Shown here in pieces: positions 38,583-49,863 of a stretch of DNA of 64,000 nt (position 1 is the stretch's first letter; the number at the start of each line of letters is the position of its first letter). Under the pieces are notes generated by a model. That model saw nothing but the letters and a program-made list of their open reading frames with translations. It was not told the DNA's origin and did no database searches. Position numbers and translations under genes: made by a program. Origin of the DNA: Neophaeotheca triangularis (lineage: Eukaryota); NCBI GenBank assembly GCA_054600435.1, contig BAAIJX010000005.1:496001-560000 (forward strand). The letters run 5' to 3'.

Positions 38583-38963
38583 GCCACAGAAGCCCGCGGC
38601 CAGCCACTTCCAGGTTACCTTGTGGTTTTAGCTGCAGCTGTATACTGTATGCTGTACATGCAGGTGCCCAGTGGAGGTGTAGATGCAGGCGGCGATGAGG
38701 TACAGTACTACTGAGGTGTAATGTTGTTGTTATTGGGTACGGTACAAAATGATCAACCACCTACCTTACCTACCTTAACTACCTACCTACCTTAGTTGTA
38801 CCTCCAAAAAAGATCATCATCATTGATCGAGACCATCGCGAGCCCTTCCCCAGATCCTCCTTTAACAGTGGACCCCTAAACAGCCAATCCGCCCGCTCCA
38901 TCCAACTCCCGCCGCTTCCTAACTAAATAAGCTAATCAATCCTAATCGGAGTCCTCCTCGGCC

Positions 38964-41699
38964 ATGCCTACCGACCACTCCGACTACACTGCACTCCTCC
39001 CACCACCGCCTTCCTCCTTACACACCACCACCACCACTGCCACCACCTCCGCCTCCATCTCCTCCCACAGGCAGCAGCACAGCCATCATGTTTTGCTAAC
39101 AGGTTTGGACCACGACGACGCCCTCGACGACGACTTCCATCCCCATCCCCTTCTCCCGTCGTCTTGCAATGCTGCATCTCTCTCTCCCATTCATAATCGC
39201 CGGCATTCTTTCCACTCACGCCCACTAAGCATTGGACACTTTGTCCATATTTCGCCCGATCTTGCGCCCAAATACCCGGACACTGCCGCCTCTTCGATCA
39301 AGACAAGTCAGCAGACGGCTGTTCTTGCCCCCGCTCCATCTTTCTGGACGGGTTACACAAACTCTCCTACGACGAGCCAAAAAATCAGCAACATGGCCGC
39401 CGCGATAATAGCACATGAAGGCTCTGAAAACGCCAATACCCCCAATGCAGTTCGCACACCTGCTCCGGGATCCCCTCCCGAACTGAGTTATTCCAAAAGC
39501 TCAAAGTCGGATTCAAGCTCGTACCGCTCTAGCATTTCCGACGATGGTGTCGAGACGGAGAAGCTGGCGCATTTCGAGGACATTACGCTGGAAGGCAGGG
39601 AGTCGCCCGAGACCACTGAGGAAGCCGTGTCTGCCAACGGTGACAGCAATCTCAAGCCCGAAAGCCGACCGACGCTCAAACGTCCTCCACCCCCGAGATT
39701 ACATACAACCATGGACCAAATGAGGGATGATTTTGCTATACGGGAAGCGCCGAATGGTGGCAGAAGACCCTACCCTATCAGAAGTTTTAGTAATGGCGGT
39801 GCTAGAGAGCATAATCTGGGCTTGCCTTCGAAAGGCAAGGGACCGCGCAGGGACTTCAGCAACCCGCCGCAGAGGAGCCCTTCTCGATCACCCTCGCCGC
39901 AGCCTAGATGCGTCCAATCGCCTGGCTCCATCGGCAGCGCGACACCTAGAGCCTCCTCCGAGCGCCCATCATCAGACCCCAACGCACTCAGCAGGCGCTC
40001 GTCATGGGCACCAAGCAGGAAGACGGTGAAAGAGTTGGAAGCGGAATGCGACGACATGGACGACGAAGTACCCGAGGAGGCTGTCCTGGAGAATGTGCCA
40101 GTCTCTCCCATGCCTGGCATGTCCACTACCCAGACACCTCGAGCTAGCCAATCTCGATCACATTCTCGGAGTCCACACAATCGGCCATCATTCCCACCAA
40201 ACCCACCGCAGCAGCCTTTGCACAACAACCTACATTCTGCTAATGTACCCAAACATGCCAAACGCCCTCACGCTCCCAAGAACCGCAGCAATACTAATTA
40301 TGGAGGACCGAGATCGCCAAACGGTCGCGCCAGACCTGGAATGATGCCTCACAGCGTCACAACTGAACGCTTTCATCCCGGACCGCGAGGCCCGCCTCAA
40401 AGATCAAACTCTTGGGCGCAAGACTTGAGCTACGAGGCGAGAGAATTGTCTGCTGCATTGGAAGAGTACCACGAACGCAGATCGAGTGAGAAGAGGGAGT
40501 CTCGCGCGAACAGTGTTCCCAACAGCCCGCCTTCCAAGAAACGATCATCGACTAGCCTCATGGAGATGCCGCCCAAGCAAAAGGGTAACGCCATGATTGA
40601 TCCGCTACCGATTAGCAAGGAGAAAGAGGCAGTGCTCACCCGCACAAGGCCGTCTTGGCTTCCACCAAAAGATCAAAAGGAGGAGAAGAAGCATATGCGG
40701 GAGTGGGAGAAGATGATGGCAAAAGCTGCTGCGGCAGAGAAGAAGCGCGAGTCCAAAGAGCAAGAGGAGCTTGAAAACCGCACCGAGATGCAAGACTCGA
40801 GCGCCAGGATCTGGGACCAGCACGTCCTACCAAATTGGGACGCCGTAGTCAACGAACCCCGCACCCGCGAGCTTTGGTGGCGAGGCGTGACCCCTCGAAG
40901 CAGAGGCCTTGTCTGGCAAAAAGCCGTCGGCAACGAGCTCTCGCTGACCCCGACGTCCTACGAAGCGGCTCTGAAACGCGCCAATGACCTGGAATCCCGC
41001 ATTCAAGCCTTGCACCCCGAAGAGCGCGCAACCTCCAAAGAAGCCGCCTGGTTCTCGGCCATCGCGCGCGACGTCCCCACCACATCACCCCCAAACGACA
41101 CCCCCGCGCCAGACTTTCACACAACTCTCGCCAACGTCCTCAAGGCCTACGCCGTCTATCGTAACGACGTCGGCTACGTCTACGGCACGCACCTCATCGC
41201 AGCGCAATTCTGCACGCACCTCCCCACCCCGTCCGAAAGTTTCCAAACACTCGCCAACCTCCTCAACCGCCCCCTTCCCCTTGCCTTCCTCGTCCACGAC
41301 ACCACTGCCATGGCCCGCGCCCACGACCTCGTCCTCAGCACTCTCGAGTACAAATTCCCCCGCTTGCACTCCCATCTCACTTCTCCCGATCTCGCTCTCC
41401 CGCCTGCAGAATTCCTCGATCCCATCTTCCGCTGCCTCTTCGCCCACAACCTGCCTCCCGAGACTGTCGCTCGACTTTGGGATATCATGGTTTTCGAGGG
41501 CGATAGAGTGCTCGTCCGTGCGGCTGTGGCGGTACTAGGGTGTCTGGAGGGGCGGTTGTATGGGGGGAGAGAAGAGGTTTTGTCACTGCTGGGATGGGGC
41601 GCCAGGGGCTACTGGACGGTTGGCGGGGAGGAGGCGTTTGTCGGGGCCGTAAGAGAGGCGGGCAAGGTTTCTTCCGGTGGATTGCAGAAGGGGTTGTGA
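38964..41699 (+). CDS. TBC (Rab-GAP)-domain protein with a long disordered N-terminus
   Basis: 911-aa ORF. RTRPSWLPPK, LWWRGVTPRSRGLVWQKAVGN, GYVYG and RLWDIMVFEGDRVLVRAAVAVL are typical of the TBC fold. True start uncertain (38964 or about 39393). Confidence 0.85.
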   Translation: MPTDHSDYTALLPPPPSSLHTTTTTATTSASISSHRQQHSHHVLLTGLDHDDALDDDFHPHPLLPSSCNAASLSPIHNRRHSFHSRPLSIGHFVHISPDLAPKYPDTAASSIKTSQQTAVLAPAPSFWTGYTNSPTTSQKISNMAAAIIAHEGSENANTPNAVRTPAPGSPPELSYSKSSKSDSSSYRSSISDDGVETEKLAHFEDITLEGRESPETTEEAVSANGDSNLKPESRPTLKRPPPPRLHTTMDQMRDDFAIREAPNGGRRPYPIRSFSNGGAREHNLGLPSKGKGPRRDFSNPPQRSPSRSPSPQPRCVQSPGSIGSATPRASSERPSSDPNALSRRSSWAPSRKTVKELEAECDDMDDEVPEEAVLENVPVSPMPGMSTTQTPRASQSRSHSRSPHNRPSFPPNPPQQPLHNNLHSANVPKHAKRPHAPKNRSNTNYGGPRSPNGRARPGMMPHSVTTERFHPGPRGPPQRSNSWAQDLSYEARELSAALEEYHERRSSEKRESRANSVPNSPPSKKRSSTSLMEMPPKQKGNAMIDPLPISKEKEAVLTRTRPSWLPPKDQKEEKKHMREWEKMMAKAAAAEKKRESKEQEELENRTEMQDSSARIWDQHVLPNWDAVVNEPRTRELWWRGVTPRSRGLVWQKAVGNELSLTPTSYEAALKRANDLESRIQALHPEERATSKEAAWFSAIARDVPTTSPPNDTPAPDFHTTLANVLKAYAVYRNDVGYVYGTHLIAAQFCTHLPTPSESFQTLANLLNRPLPLAFLVHDTTAMARAHDLVLSTLEYKFPRLHSHLTSPDLALPPAEFLDPIFRCLFAHNLPPETVARLWDIMVFEGDRVLVRAAVAVLGCLEGRLYGGREEVLSLLGWGARGYWTVGGEEAFVGAVREAGKVSSGGLQKGL

Positions 41700-43413
41700 T
41701 TTGCTGGGGTTGCGTTTTGTCGCTGTTGGATTTTAGGGGGTTGGGCGATGTTACGCTGACCTCTTAAGACGGAGGTGAAAGGGTGGGGTGGGGGTGTAGA
41801 TATGGCGGATGGATGGAGGGGAGCATGTACGTAGGATGGGATGGGGATGTAAAGTGGCTGTTGGAGTTTTGGACCTAAGAAGAGGAGAGTGTGGAAAGAG
41901 CGAGAAAGACTCGTCCATACATGGGCCGTGGGCCGTGGGCCGTGGGGGCTGTAACGTTTAATTGTATAGTCTTGTCGATAAGCAGGCACATACGAAATGC
42001 GCTTTTGTACATTTGGGGCTTCGGCTTTGCTGCCTGCCTCTGTCCCCCAGAGAGCCTCCCTATCCACAAAGCAGCAGGTTCGAGGGTATTCGGGCACGCC
42101 CGCGACTCCCAGCCGCGAATAACGTCGGCACTACCAACTGCCGTCAGCGACAAGCTAACCGCGGACACGCCTCCAAACCAACTCCGGTGCTAATGGGGGC
42201 GGGCTGGAGGACCATTTATCGCCATTACTTGATCAAGAAGAACAAAAGGCGGAAGAGCCGGGTGTGGAAGAAGTAGCAGCAGCTACTCATCACCACAACC
42301 TCGTCCGCGAAGTCTGCCTATACATCTCACCCGGATATTCTCGTTGCTTGCCTTCCTGAACATCAAGTAAAGGCCAGAAAACTGGTCCCGCGCAGGCGAG
42401 GCTATCCGCATGCTCATTCTGTATCGTCACTTATCCAACCCAGACCTATAACAGCTATAGACCTCGATATGTTGAGAATCGATGGAGACGATCCCGCCCA
42501 CTAAGCGTGGCTAAACGTGTCCATGTCTGCAACAACGTGCAATCGCTTATCTTAGCTTTGGTCGAATCGTCGAGAACGACCACGCTTCCGAGAGCCTGCA
42601 AGAATCCTACGTTGATGGATCATGCCCGGGGAATGCGGCATGCAGCCTCTTCAAGGTGCCAACCGCGTGCCGAATCTTAGGACGTTGCAAAGAGTGGCGT
42701 ATGTGAGGCCGAGGTTCTCGAGCCAAGACGTCAATTAATGGCAGCTGGCCAAGCAAGCACGCGGGCTGCATGCCTTCCTGTTCGAGCTAGTGCGATGTGT
42801 TCTTAATAGACTGTGATTGAGCACTCAGATCGATTCTCCTAAACATACAGCAAACAAAGTCAGCCTTGCGGGTTGTGCTCCCGGCAGCCATGTTCGTTGT
42901 GCCTCTAAGCGGCGAGTGTGGCCATTGCGTGCACAGAGAGCCTTTGGTGCTCAATGATTGCGCCACAGTCAACGAATTGTGATGAATCAAGAGTCGGCGT
43001 ACGTAGGAGCGACTCTTGCGGGGCTGGAATTGGTGTCTTGATAGTGACCGGCTGCTACCTTACTACTTGCTGATCGTGAATGTGAACAACTGTGACTGCA
43101 ACGTCTTATCCAGGATCAGGGTTGCGAGAGCAAGCGAGATTCGTCCCACGAGTGCCCCTTGAATGCCTGAGGCAAGTCACGATCCCTGAGTGACGTAGGC
43201 GCGCCTTCGCGTCAAGCTGGAGCCGACCTCAACGTGGGACTCGGGTGGCCGCAACATTAGGCAACGTTCTTCGCAAAAAAAGGACACAGTTGTAGTCACT
43301 GTCCACTCAGATTGCAGGGAGAGAGGCAAATCGGCTATCTAAAATACCACGCATCGCCTAGTCAAGACTACTGCAATCCTCTACCAGGCGAACAGCAATC
43401 CACCTCCAGAATC

Positions 43414-44173
43414 ATGTCCGGTAAGTTAACACCTCTTCCACAGCGCCGCAAGATGCGCGTACTGATCCCCACCCCCAGCACCACCTGTAGACTACTACGC
43501 GGCCCTCGAAGTCCCCTCGACGGCCTCACAACAACAAATCCGCGACGCATACAAAAAAGCCGCCCTCAAACACCACCCAGACCGCGTCCCCGCCGACAAC
43601 CCCGAGCGCACCACACGCACAAAGAAGTTCCAGCAAATCAACGACGCCTACTACACCCTCTCAGACCCCTCGCGACGCCGCGATTACGACGTCTCGCGCC
43701 AGTACCACGGGTTCCCCTCTGGCGGCGGCCCGGCACCGGACCCGGAGGAAGAAGACATCCCCCGACCGCAACCGGAAAGCGGCAATGCGGGAGGCTTCGG
43801 CGGGTTCCCGTGGAGTGCGTTTGGTTTCGGTGGCAAGGCGAAGGATGAGTCGGACCGCGCGAGTTTCAGCAACGAGCAGTTTGGGTCCGTGTTTGAGGAT
43901 ATGATGCGTGAGGAGGGCATGGCCGATAGCGATAACACTCCCACGAAGCAGTTTTGGAGTTTGGTTGGTGGGGTTAGTGGAGGTGCCATGGGGTTTATTG
44001 TTGGGAATATGCCCGGGGCGATTGCGGGCGCCGTTGCGGGTAATCGGTTGGGTGCCGTGAGGGATAAGCGCGGGAAGAGTGTTTATGCGGTTTATCAGGA
44101 ATTGGAGCAGCCGGAGAAGATGAGGCTGTTGAGCGAGCTTGCTCAAAAGGTTTTCGCGCACGCGATTAGCTAG
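43414..44173 (+). CDS. J-domain (DnaJ class C) co-chaperone with a C-terminal glycine-zipper segment
   Basis: Exon 43414-43420, intron GTAAGT..TAG, exon 43491-44173. Translation MSDYYAALEV..IRDAYKKAALKHHPDR..FQQINDAYYTLSDPSRRRDYD contains the HPD motif. Confidence 0.92.
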
Positions 44174-44301
44174 AAATGAGAGTGTGAGTGGGACGAGCTA
44201 GGGGCTATGGCGTTCAGTGGGCTGGGGATTCGTTTGGTTAGGTTTGAGATACCACGACAGCATGTGCCCTTAGTATGAGTTTTGAACAGGTCTGCACAGT
44301 A

Positions 44302-45348
44302 TCAACGTTCTATCTTTTGGGTATCTCTATCCAACAGCTCTCTCGCGGCGATTAGCTCTGCCTGGCTGTAGCCGTCCCATGCCTTTTCGCCAGCATTACT
44401 CCTGCGAACGATCTCTGCAAGCTTCGAAGTCGAAACCTCATTAAGCTTCTTGACAGAGTCGAGCGTTGGTGGTGCTTGATCGCCGGCTCCGGCTTCCGAA
44501 GACGACTTTTGCGGTTTCTGGTTGCTGGCATTTGGGATGGCTTCTATCAGGCGAGCGGTAGTCTGACGTACATTAGCAATTGCGTTACGTAGCACGATTC
44601 GAAGCATACGTACAAGTTTCAGCCCGTAATAGCCTCTCAAATAGTCATCGCACAATTCCACGCTTCTGCAAAACCGTCTCATGCTCTCGCTCAGCGCCTT
44701 GAGCAAGTCGCCGCCAGTCGCCGTGCCAGCAGACAAGTAGACCACTTCCCCTAACCTCGCATGCATGTTCCACGCATTCGGCATGATGAGCAGCACCTCC
44801 TCCAAGCAGTAGATGGCCTGCTCGTACAACCCCTGCGTCAGATACAAATCCGACAATTCGGCCCAACACTCAGCGTCATTGGGAGTGGTATCCAACAACG
44901 TCACGAGCCCATTCACAGCATCGGACGTCTTGCCCATCGACCGCAACAAAGCAATCCTACGCTTCCTAATACCAAAGATACCAGCTTCCTCCTTGAGAAT
45001 CTCCTCATACCACGACATCACAGCCTTCAAATCTTCATCCGTGTGCGCGTGAGCTTCTTTGCTCATGCCCGTCAAGACAAGTATACGCTCGTTGCGCTCG
45101 CCGAAGCGTGCCGTGAGGGCTTCGAGGCAGCGGGATGCGCTTGGGAGATCACCGGTTTGGATGCAAGCGAGGAAGAGGTTCTCGTAGGATGCCCATTTCT
45201 CTTGCGATTCGTTGTTGGAGAGGAGGCTGAGGGGCCAGGGCAGTGACCATTGCGTTTGAGAGCTAAGGAAGCTGGGAGCTTGCTGGGAGACGGATATGGT
45301 TGTTGATGGGGAGGTCGAGAGGGGCGGTGTGAGGAGAGAGGCCGACAT
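44302..45348 (-). CDS. EMC2: ER membrane protein complex subunit 2 (TPR protein)
   Basis: EKWASYENLFLACIQ, RKRRIALLRS, PNDAECWAELSDLY, AIYCLEEVLLIMPNAW and FCRSVELCDDYLRGYYGL. Likely in-frame 51-nt intron at 44613-44563 (GTACGT..CTAAT..CAG). Confidence 0.88.
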   Translation of the reverse strand: MSASLLTPPLSTSPSTTISVSQQAPSFLSSQTQWSLPWPLSLLSNNESQEKWASYENLFLACIQTGDLPSASRCLEALTARFGERNERILVLTGMSKEAHAHTDEDLKAVMSWYEEILKEEAGIFGIRKRRIALLRSMGKTSDAVNGLVTLLDTTPNDAECWAELSDLYLTQGLYEQAIYCLEEVLLIMPNAWNMHARLGEVVYLSAGTATGGDLLKALSESMRRFCRSVELCDDYLRGYYGLKLVRMLRIVLRNAIANVRQTTARLIEAIPNASNQKPQKSSSEAGAGDQAPPTLDSVKKLNEVSTSKLAEIVRRSNAGEKAWDGYSQAELIAARELLDRDTQKIER

Positions 45349-46715
45349 GGTGGAGGAGAGGATGAAGTAACGCTTTCAAATGCGCCGTGAGAAAGTCCTT
45401 ATCGTGTTGCAAATAGCATAGTGTTACTGGAGGTGATGCAGCCCGCTCAAGCACCAACTTGCCAAACAGTGGAGGGTAACGTGAAGTCGCGGCCGCAGCC
45501 CACCCAAAAGCAGCCGACCGCCCTGGCAAACGCGCACGGTCCGGCTAGGCAGAATCGCACGCGTCTATAATTTGCGAGCGCACCTCTCCGCCAACCTCTT
45601 CCTCTTTTCTTCCGCCATCAAAAAGTAAACAGAACCAGCCACGACCGTCATTACGAATGCACCACAATGCAAGGTTGCCAGTCTCCTTCACAGGAGATGC
45701 GGTTCTGGAGATTGTAACTCCTGGACTATAGGAAGCCTGCTCTACCCGTTGTGTTTCTTAACTGAAGCGATGGGGAGGAGGTGTCCGAGAAGGGAGGACA
45801 TACCACAGCAATGCCACCACCACGCCGTTTCAGCCTTTCCTCAGCGCGTGCCGGCGTACTGGGAGCTCTTCCTCACTTACGGAAGGCACTCCACCTCACC
45901 TCGCTTCACTTACCGAACTGCGACAGCTTTCAACACGCTCGCACACGCTTTCTACAACTGTCTGCCTGGCTACCCATTGCCGCTCGACGAGCTTTCCACC
46001 TCCACGTGGTGCGCGGTGTCAGTACCGGAAACGGGAAACCAAGAGGAAGCTCCAACCTGGCTGCAATCAAGCCTGCCATGCCGAATGCCCTTGGCTCACA
46101 GGCCTGGCTTTCACCAACCTGGAGATCGAATATGCCATAGCTGTGGGTACGCTGGAGAGCCAGCCCGGCACCAGACGCACCCCGTTGTGGCCTCACGTTC
46201 GGTCGAGGATGGGAGTGACACGCATTCTGCGTTCACGCACTATGCGTGCATCGTCTCACTTTGAGAGTCGAACACTGAACCACAGTGCCACACTGCTGCA
46301 AAACATGCGCAGTTTCCTGCAAACCCTGCAAGGCGTGGTTAAGCGGTCCATCGCTTCCACTTCGTCCCTGGCTTCGACTCAAGGTCCGGAACGGCCGCGT
46401 AGCTGCAAAGCTCCCGTTATCCGCGACTCAAGAGGCCCAGTCACACGCCCACCATCTAAGTACATGTGTACCTACTTGGGACTTAGACGGTGAAGACCTC
46501 TTGCCGTAAAACGTAGCAGCAGTAGCAGAGCCGACGGGCCACTAAACTCGCTAAGGAACCGTTGGTACAATGTCACTGACGTGAACTACCCTGATTCCGG
46601 GAGATCGGCGACGCATTGAAGCCTGCCAAGGCCACCGCTGCCACATAGCGTTTATCGCAACTCCCTTGATTACCCAAATAAGCAATGCACGTTACGGTAC
46701 CGGTGTCACATGCGC

Positions 46716-47350
46716 CCTTTTCGGATTGAGTAGGACCATTGCCTTTCTAGCTCGGCTAGGAATTAACAGAGCTCGCTCTGCTCGGCTGTCCAACCGAGTT
46801 GCTGTAGCTCTTACTCACTCCAAGTTCACAGGTCAGATCTCACCCGTCTGACTTGCGAAGCAAAAGAACATGTGCCACGGACCGCAACGCCTTTGCAAGA
46901 AATTTTCCCTGGCACCACAGGTTAGGAGCGCCAAAAATTGCTCAAGCCGTGAGCGCCGCGAGGCGTTCTTAGACAGGCAGCGACGGCGCTCCTCGAGCGT
47001 GACTCACGCACAAAACTACCCATGTTCATTTTGCACGTTGCAGTGTGCCTGCCTTTTCACAACCATCTCTTGGGTTGAAACGGACTATTGCTTTCCTAGC
47101 TCGGCTAGGAACTTGGTTCGCCCGCTCTGCTGTCTACAGAGTTGCTGTAGCTCCTGCTCAACCACACGAACCCGCAGGTCCGACCCCTGTGGCCTCGAAA
47201 GAGAGATGGAAAATGTATCGGGCAGAGACGCATCGGCATTGCAAATCGTTATCACGCACTGCCACAGCGACTGAAAAAGAGCTGAAAGCGCTCGTAATTG
47301 CCGTGAGCGCTGTCAAAGGCGCTCTTGGACAGGCGGCGACGCTGCTCTTT
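46716..47350. repeat. Degenerate ~350-bp tandem duplication (two copies)
   Basis: Shared blocks: CTAGCTCGGCTAGGAA (46747/47096), GAGTTGCTGTAGCTC (46796/47139), GCCGTGAGCGC (46946/47300) and GACAGGC.GCGACG. Offsets are 343-354 bp. Confidence 0.8.
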
Positions 47351-48717
47351 GTCGTTTGTGGCGTGTGTGCCCTCCTACCCTCAACCCGAGCCAATGGCTT
47401 AAACCACAGGGAGCCGGTAGGCAGGTTGACCCGACTCCTCCGTTGCTGGCCCCTCGGTGGAGTCTGGGAAGAAGATGGATGGCGGCTGCTGGGATGATCT
47501 TCAGTGGAAGATTTCGGCAATACCTTCTCTCGAGAGAGGGAAGGAATATGTTGCTGGTACCGTACCTGAAGATACAGACCTCACGCCTCAGTCCAGAGGT
47601 GTGCTGCTGTGTACATTGGCTGAAAGTCCAGTGGCATATATGTGGCATACCTTACAACGCGACAACCACGATTGTTAATCTCTTCGAACTCAGTGGCCTA
47701 GACTGTGCGGAAAAGAGACGAAGCATCCTGGCGTCGTGCAACCAAACAAGACGGCTTACCTTCAGAAGCATTGCGTTCCACGGGGGCAGCGCATGAGCGT
47801 GTCGCCTGGTTTCACATGTTGAGAGGGTTGGCACGCATACCAAGACGGCTTTCTTCCCGAGTCACGGGTATTGCGGACCATGGAAGCAGGTCTCAAAACA
47901 ATGTTGCCTGGAACCGTCGTGCCTCGAGTTGGGGAGAGTGCTCGTCGACCCCACAAAGGGGGAGTGGCATATGACGGTTCGATTCCGATTAAGGCACTCC
48001 TGGTGGTACACCTCCTCCTTGGCCTGCTTCGACTAGTGAAGCGGGCTCAAATAAAAACAATTCGATCGTGTCGTATCCTTTGAGCTCTGTTGGGGATGGC
48101 AGGAGACGGCGGTCTCTGGGCATGCTGCCGGATGTGGTAGGTTAGACCGCGCCCGCCCCCTCTTGACGTCCTTTTTACTCGTCGGATTGGAGGGGGACAG
48201 CCCCGTGAGCTTCGGGGACACGGTGACCATAGAACTGCTGAGCCTGAGCGACTAGTCAACGGGGAGTGTTCCCAGTTTGATGGTACCAAGTCGACGGTGT
48301 AGACGGCATTGATTCCAAGAGCAATTCGATGGATGGAATTGGCATCGCAATCGCAAAGAACTATCATGCCACCGGCGTTCTACTAACTAAAGACATCAAA
48401 AGGCGTATAGGACCTCGGCTAATTATAAAATTCCTTCCGATGCAGCGATGCCAGCCAGCGTGTGGGTTTTCGAGATCAACGCGCTGGCGACTTCTTCGAA
48501 GCGGCGGTCCAGGTGGCTAATTGCACCGCCGACCCGACCCGGGCGGAACCAGTTGCGCCTGGCGAGGTTGATGGGAATGACCGCTTGTCGTAGCCAGGAG
48601 GTACGGACGAAGATGATCACCCTACAGTATCAGATGGAGAGGAGTGGACCAGAGACGCAAAGAAGAGACAGAGACGCAATTCAATCGTTCTATGATTCCT
48701 TCGTGAACATCCCCTCC

Positions 48718-49404
48718 CTAGCCCACCGAAGGATTGATCCCCCTCTCCCCGAAAGACTTCTGCACATCCTGATACACCTCCTGGGGCCCCTTCTTGGCCT
48801 CGACCCTCGCGACTTTGCCCTCCTTCTCAAAATGCTCCACAACAGGCATACTAGTCTCGACGAAAGTCCTGAACCGCTTGCGAATGCTCTCCTCATTATC
48901 ATCGCTCCTCCCACTCGTCTCACCCCTCTTCAGAAGCCTTTCCTTCATGGTCTCCTCGGAACAGTCGAAAAACAGCACAAAGCGACACGGCACCACTTTC
49001 TCCTCAAAAGCCACGGCCTGGTCCATTTTCCTGGGGAACCCGTCGATCAGGAACTTCCTCTCCCCGCTTTCTTTGATAGTGTCGTTCATGGCATTCTCCA
49101 GCAACTGTATCGTCACTTCCATGGGCACGATCTGTCCTTCCTTGATGTACGTGCGGATCATGTCGCCGAACTCGCTGCCCGGGCGGTCTTGTTCCGCGCG
49201 CAGCAGGTCGCCCGCAGAGAGGTGGCGGAAACCGTAGTCGCGGACGAGGTTCGAGCATTGTGTACCTTTGCCCGCTCCCGGGCCGCCGAGGACGAAGACG
49301 ACGGTGGCTTGGTTGGTGGAGGTGCCAGGGCTGAAAAGCGGTTTGCTGCGTTTCGGGGCCTGGAGGGCCGGGTTCGTGGCCAGGTCTTCGGGGATGACGG
49401 GCAT
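48718..49404 (-). CDS. URA6: UMP-CMP (uridylate) kinase
   Basis: P-loop [39 protein letters not shown] and [23 protein letters not shown]. Confidence 0.95.
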   Translation of the reverse strand: MPVIPEDLATNPALQAPKRSKPLFSPGTSTNQATVVFVLGGPGAGKGTQCSNLVRDYGFRHLSAGDLLRAEQDRPGSEFGDMIRTYIKEGQIVPMEVTIQLLENAMNDTIKESGERKFLIDGFPRKMDQAVAFEEKVVPCRFVLFFDCSEETMKERLLKRGETSGRSDDNEESIRKRFRTFVETSMPVVEHFEKEGKVARVEAKKGPQEVYQDVQKSFGERGINPSVG

Positions 49405-49470
49405 GGTTGCCGTGGGTCGAGTCTTGCTGTTTTAGTTTCGTAGTCTTGTGTGTATGTGAGACTCCTTCTT

Positions 49471-49863
49471 TTACGGTCTCGAAGAAACGTCAATCTCCTT
49501 CTGACCCTTGTCGTTCTCGCCAACGACTCTACTGCGCGGCCACTGGTCTTTCGAGGGCGCGTGGTCCGGTAGCACGTAGTGGGATTGACCTTGGCCGGAG
49601 CGGGCTTTGGTCAGGAAGTAGAAGCTCGCGCTACCGAGGCAGAAGATTGCTACGAGCGGGAATATGGGCAGACGGTCGCTGTGGCCGCGTGGTTTGGGGA
49701 CTGGGGGTGCGTTGTAGTTGCTGGTGACCTTGGTTTCTTTTGCTGGATCGGCGGGGCGGGGCTGGGTGGTGGTGAAGGTTCTGGGTTTTGTTGTTGGTGC
49801 AGTGGTGGTGCGGCGGGGTTTCACTTGTTGGAGGAGGCGGAGGCAGTTGTGTGGTTTGTACAT
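49471..49863 (-). CDS. Small single-TM protein with a mitochondrial presequence-like N-terminus (separate ORF or 5' exon of URA6)
   Basis: ATG in ACAATG context. Arg/Thr-rich, acid-free N-terminus (MYKPHNCLRLLQQVKPRR..PRTFTTT) and TM segment LPIFPLVAIFCLGSASFYFL followed by basic TKAR. The stop lies 66 nt upstream of, and in frame with, the URA6 ATG. Confidence 0.7.
   Translation of the reverse strand: MYKPHNCLRLLQQVKPRRTTTAPTTKPRTFTTTQPRPADPAKETKVTSNYNAPPVPKPRGHSDRLPIFPLVAIFCLGSASFYFLTKARSGQGQSHYVLPDHAPSKDQWPRSRVVGENDKGQKEIDVSSRP

Noticed and set aside
43060..43250. Short inverted repeats (GTCCCACG/CGTGGGAC) suggesting a structured RNA
   Set aside because: Stems of 8 bp or less are expected by chance and no known ncRNA motif was recognised.
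46716..47350. CRISPR-like array or MITE
   Set aside because: Only two long degenerate units in a eukaryotic context, with no repeat-spacer periodicity, terminal inverted repeats or target-site duplication.
47961..48000. tRNA-like GGTTCGATTCC (B-box/T-loop) flanked by GGAGTG..CACTCC
   Set aside because: The T-stem has only 3 bp and no D-arm or anticodon arm can be built; not a tRNA.
33764..48700. Telomerase RNA gene near TERT
   Set aside because: Reading by eye, I found no TAACCCTAA-type template in the nearby non-coding regions. The closest word (CTAACCCTC at about 54639) lies in a 110-bp gap between genes.
48448..49443. 331-aa plus-strand ORF
   Set aside because: Antisense to URA6, with no independent coding signal.
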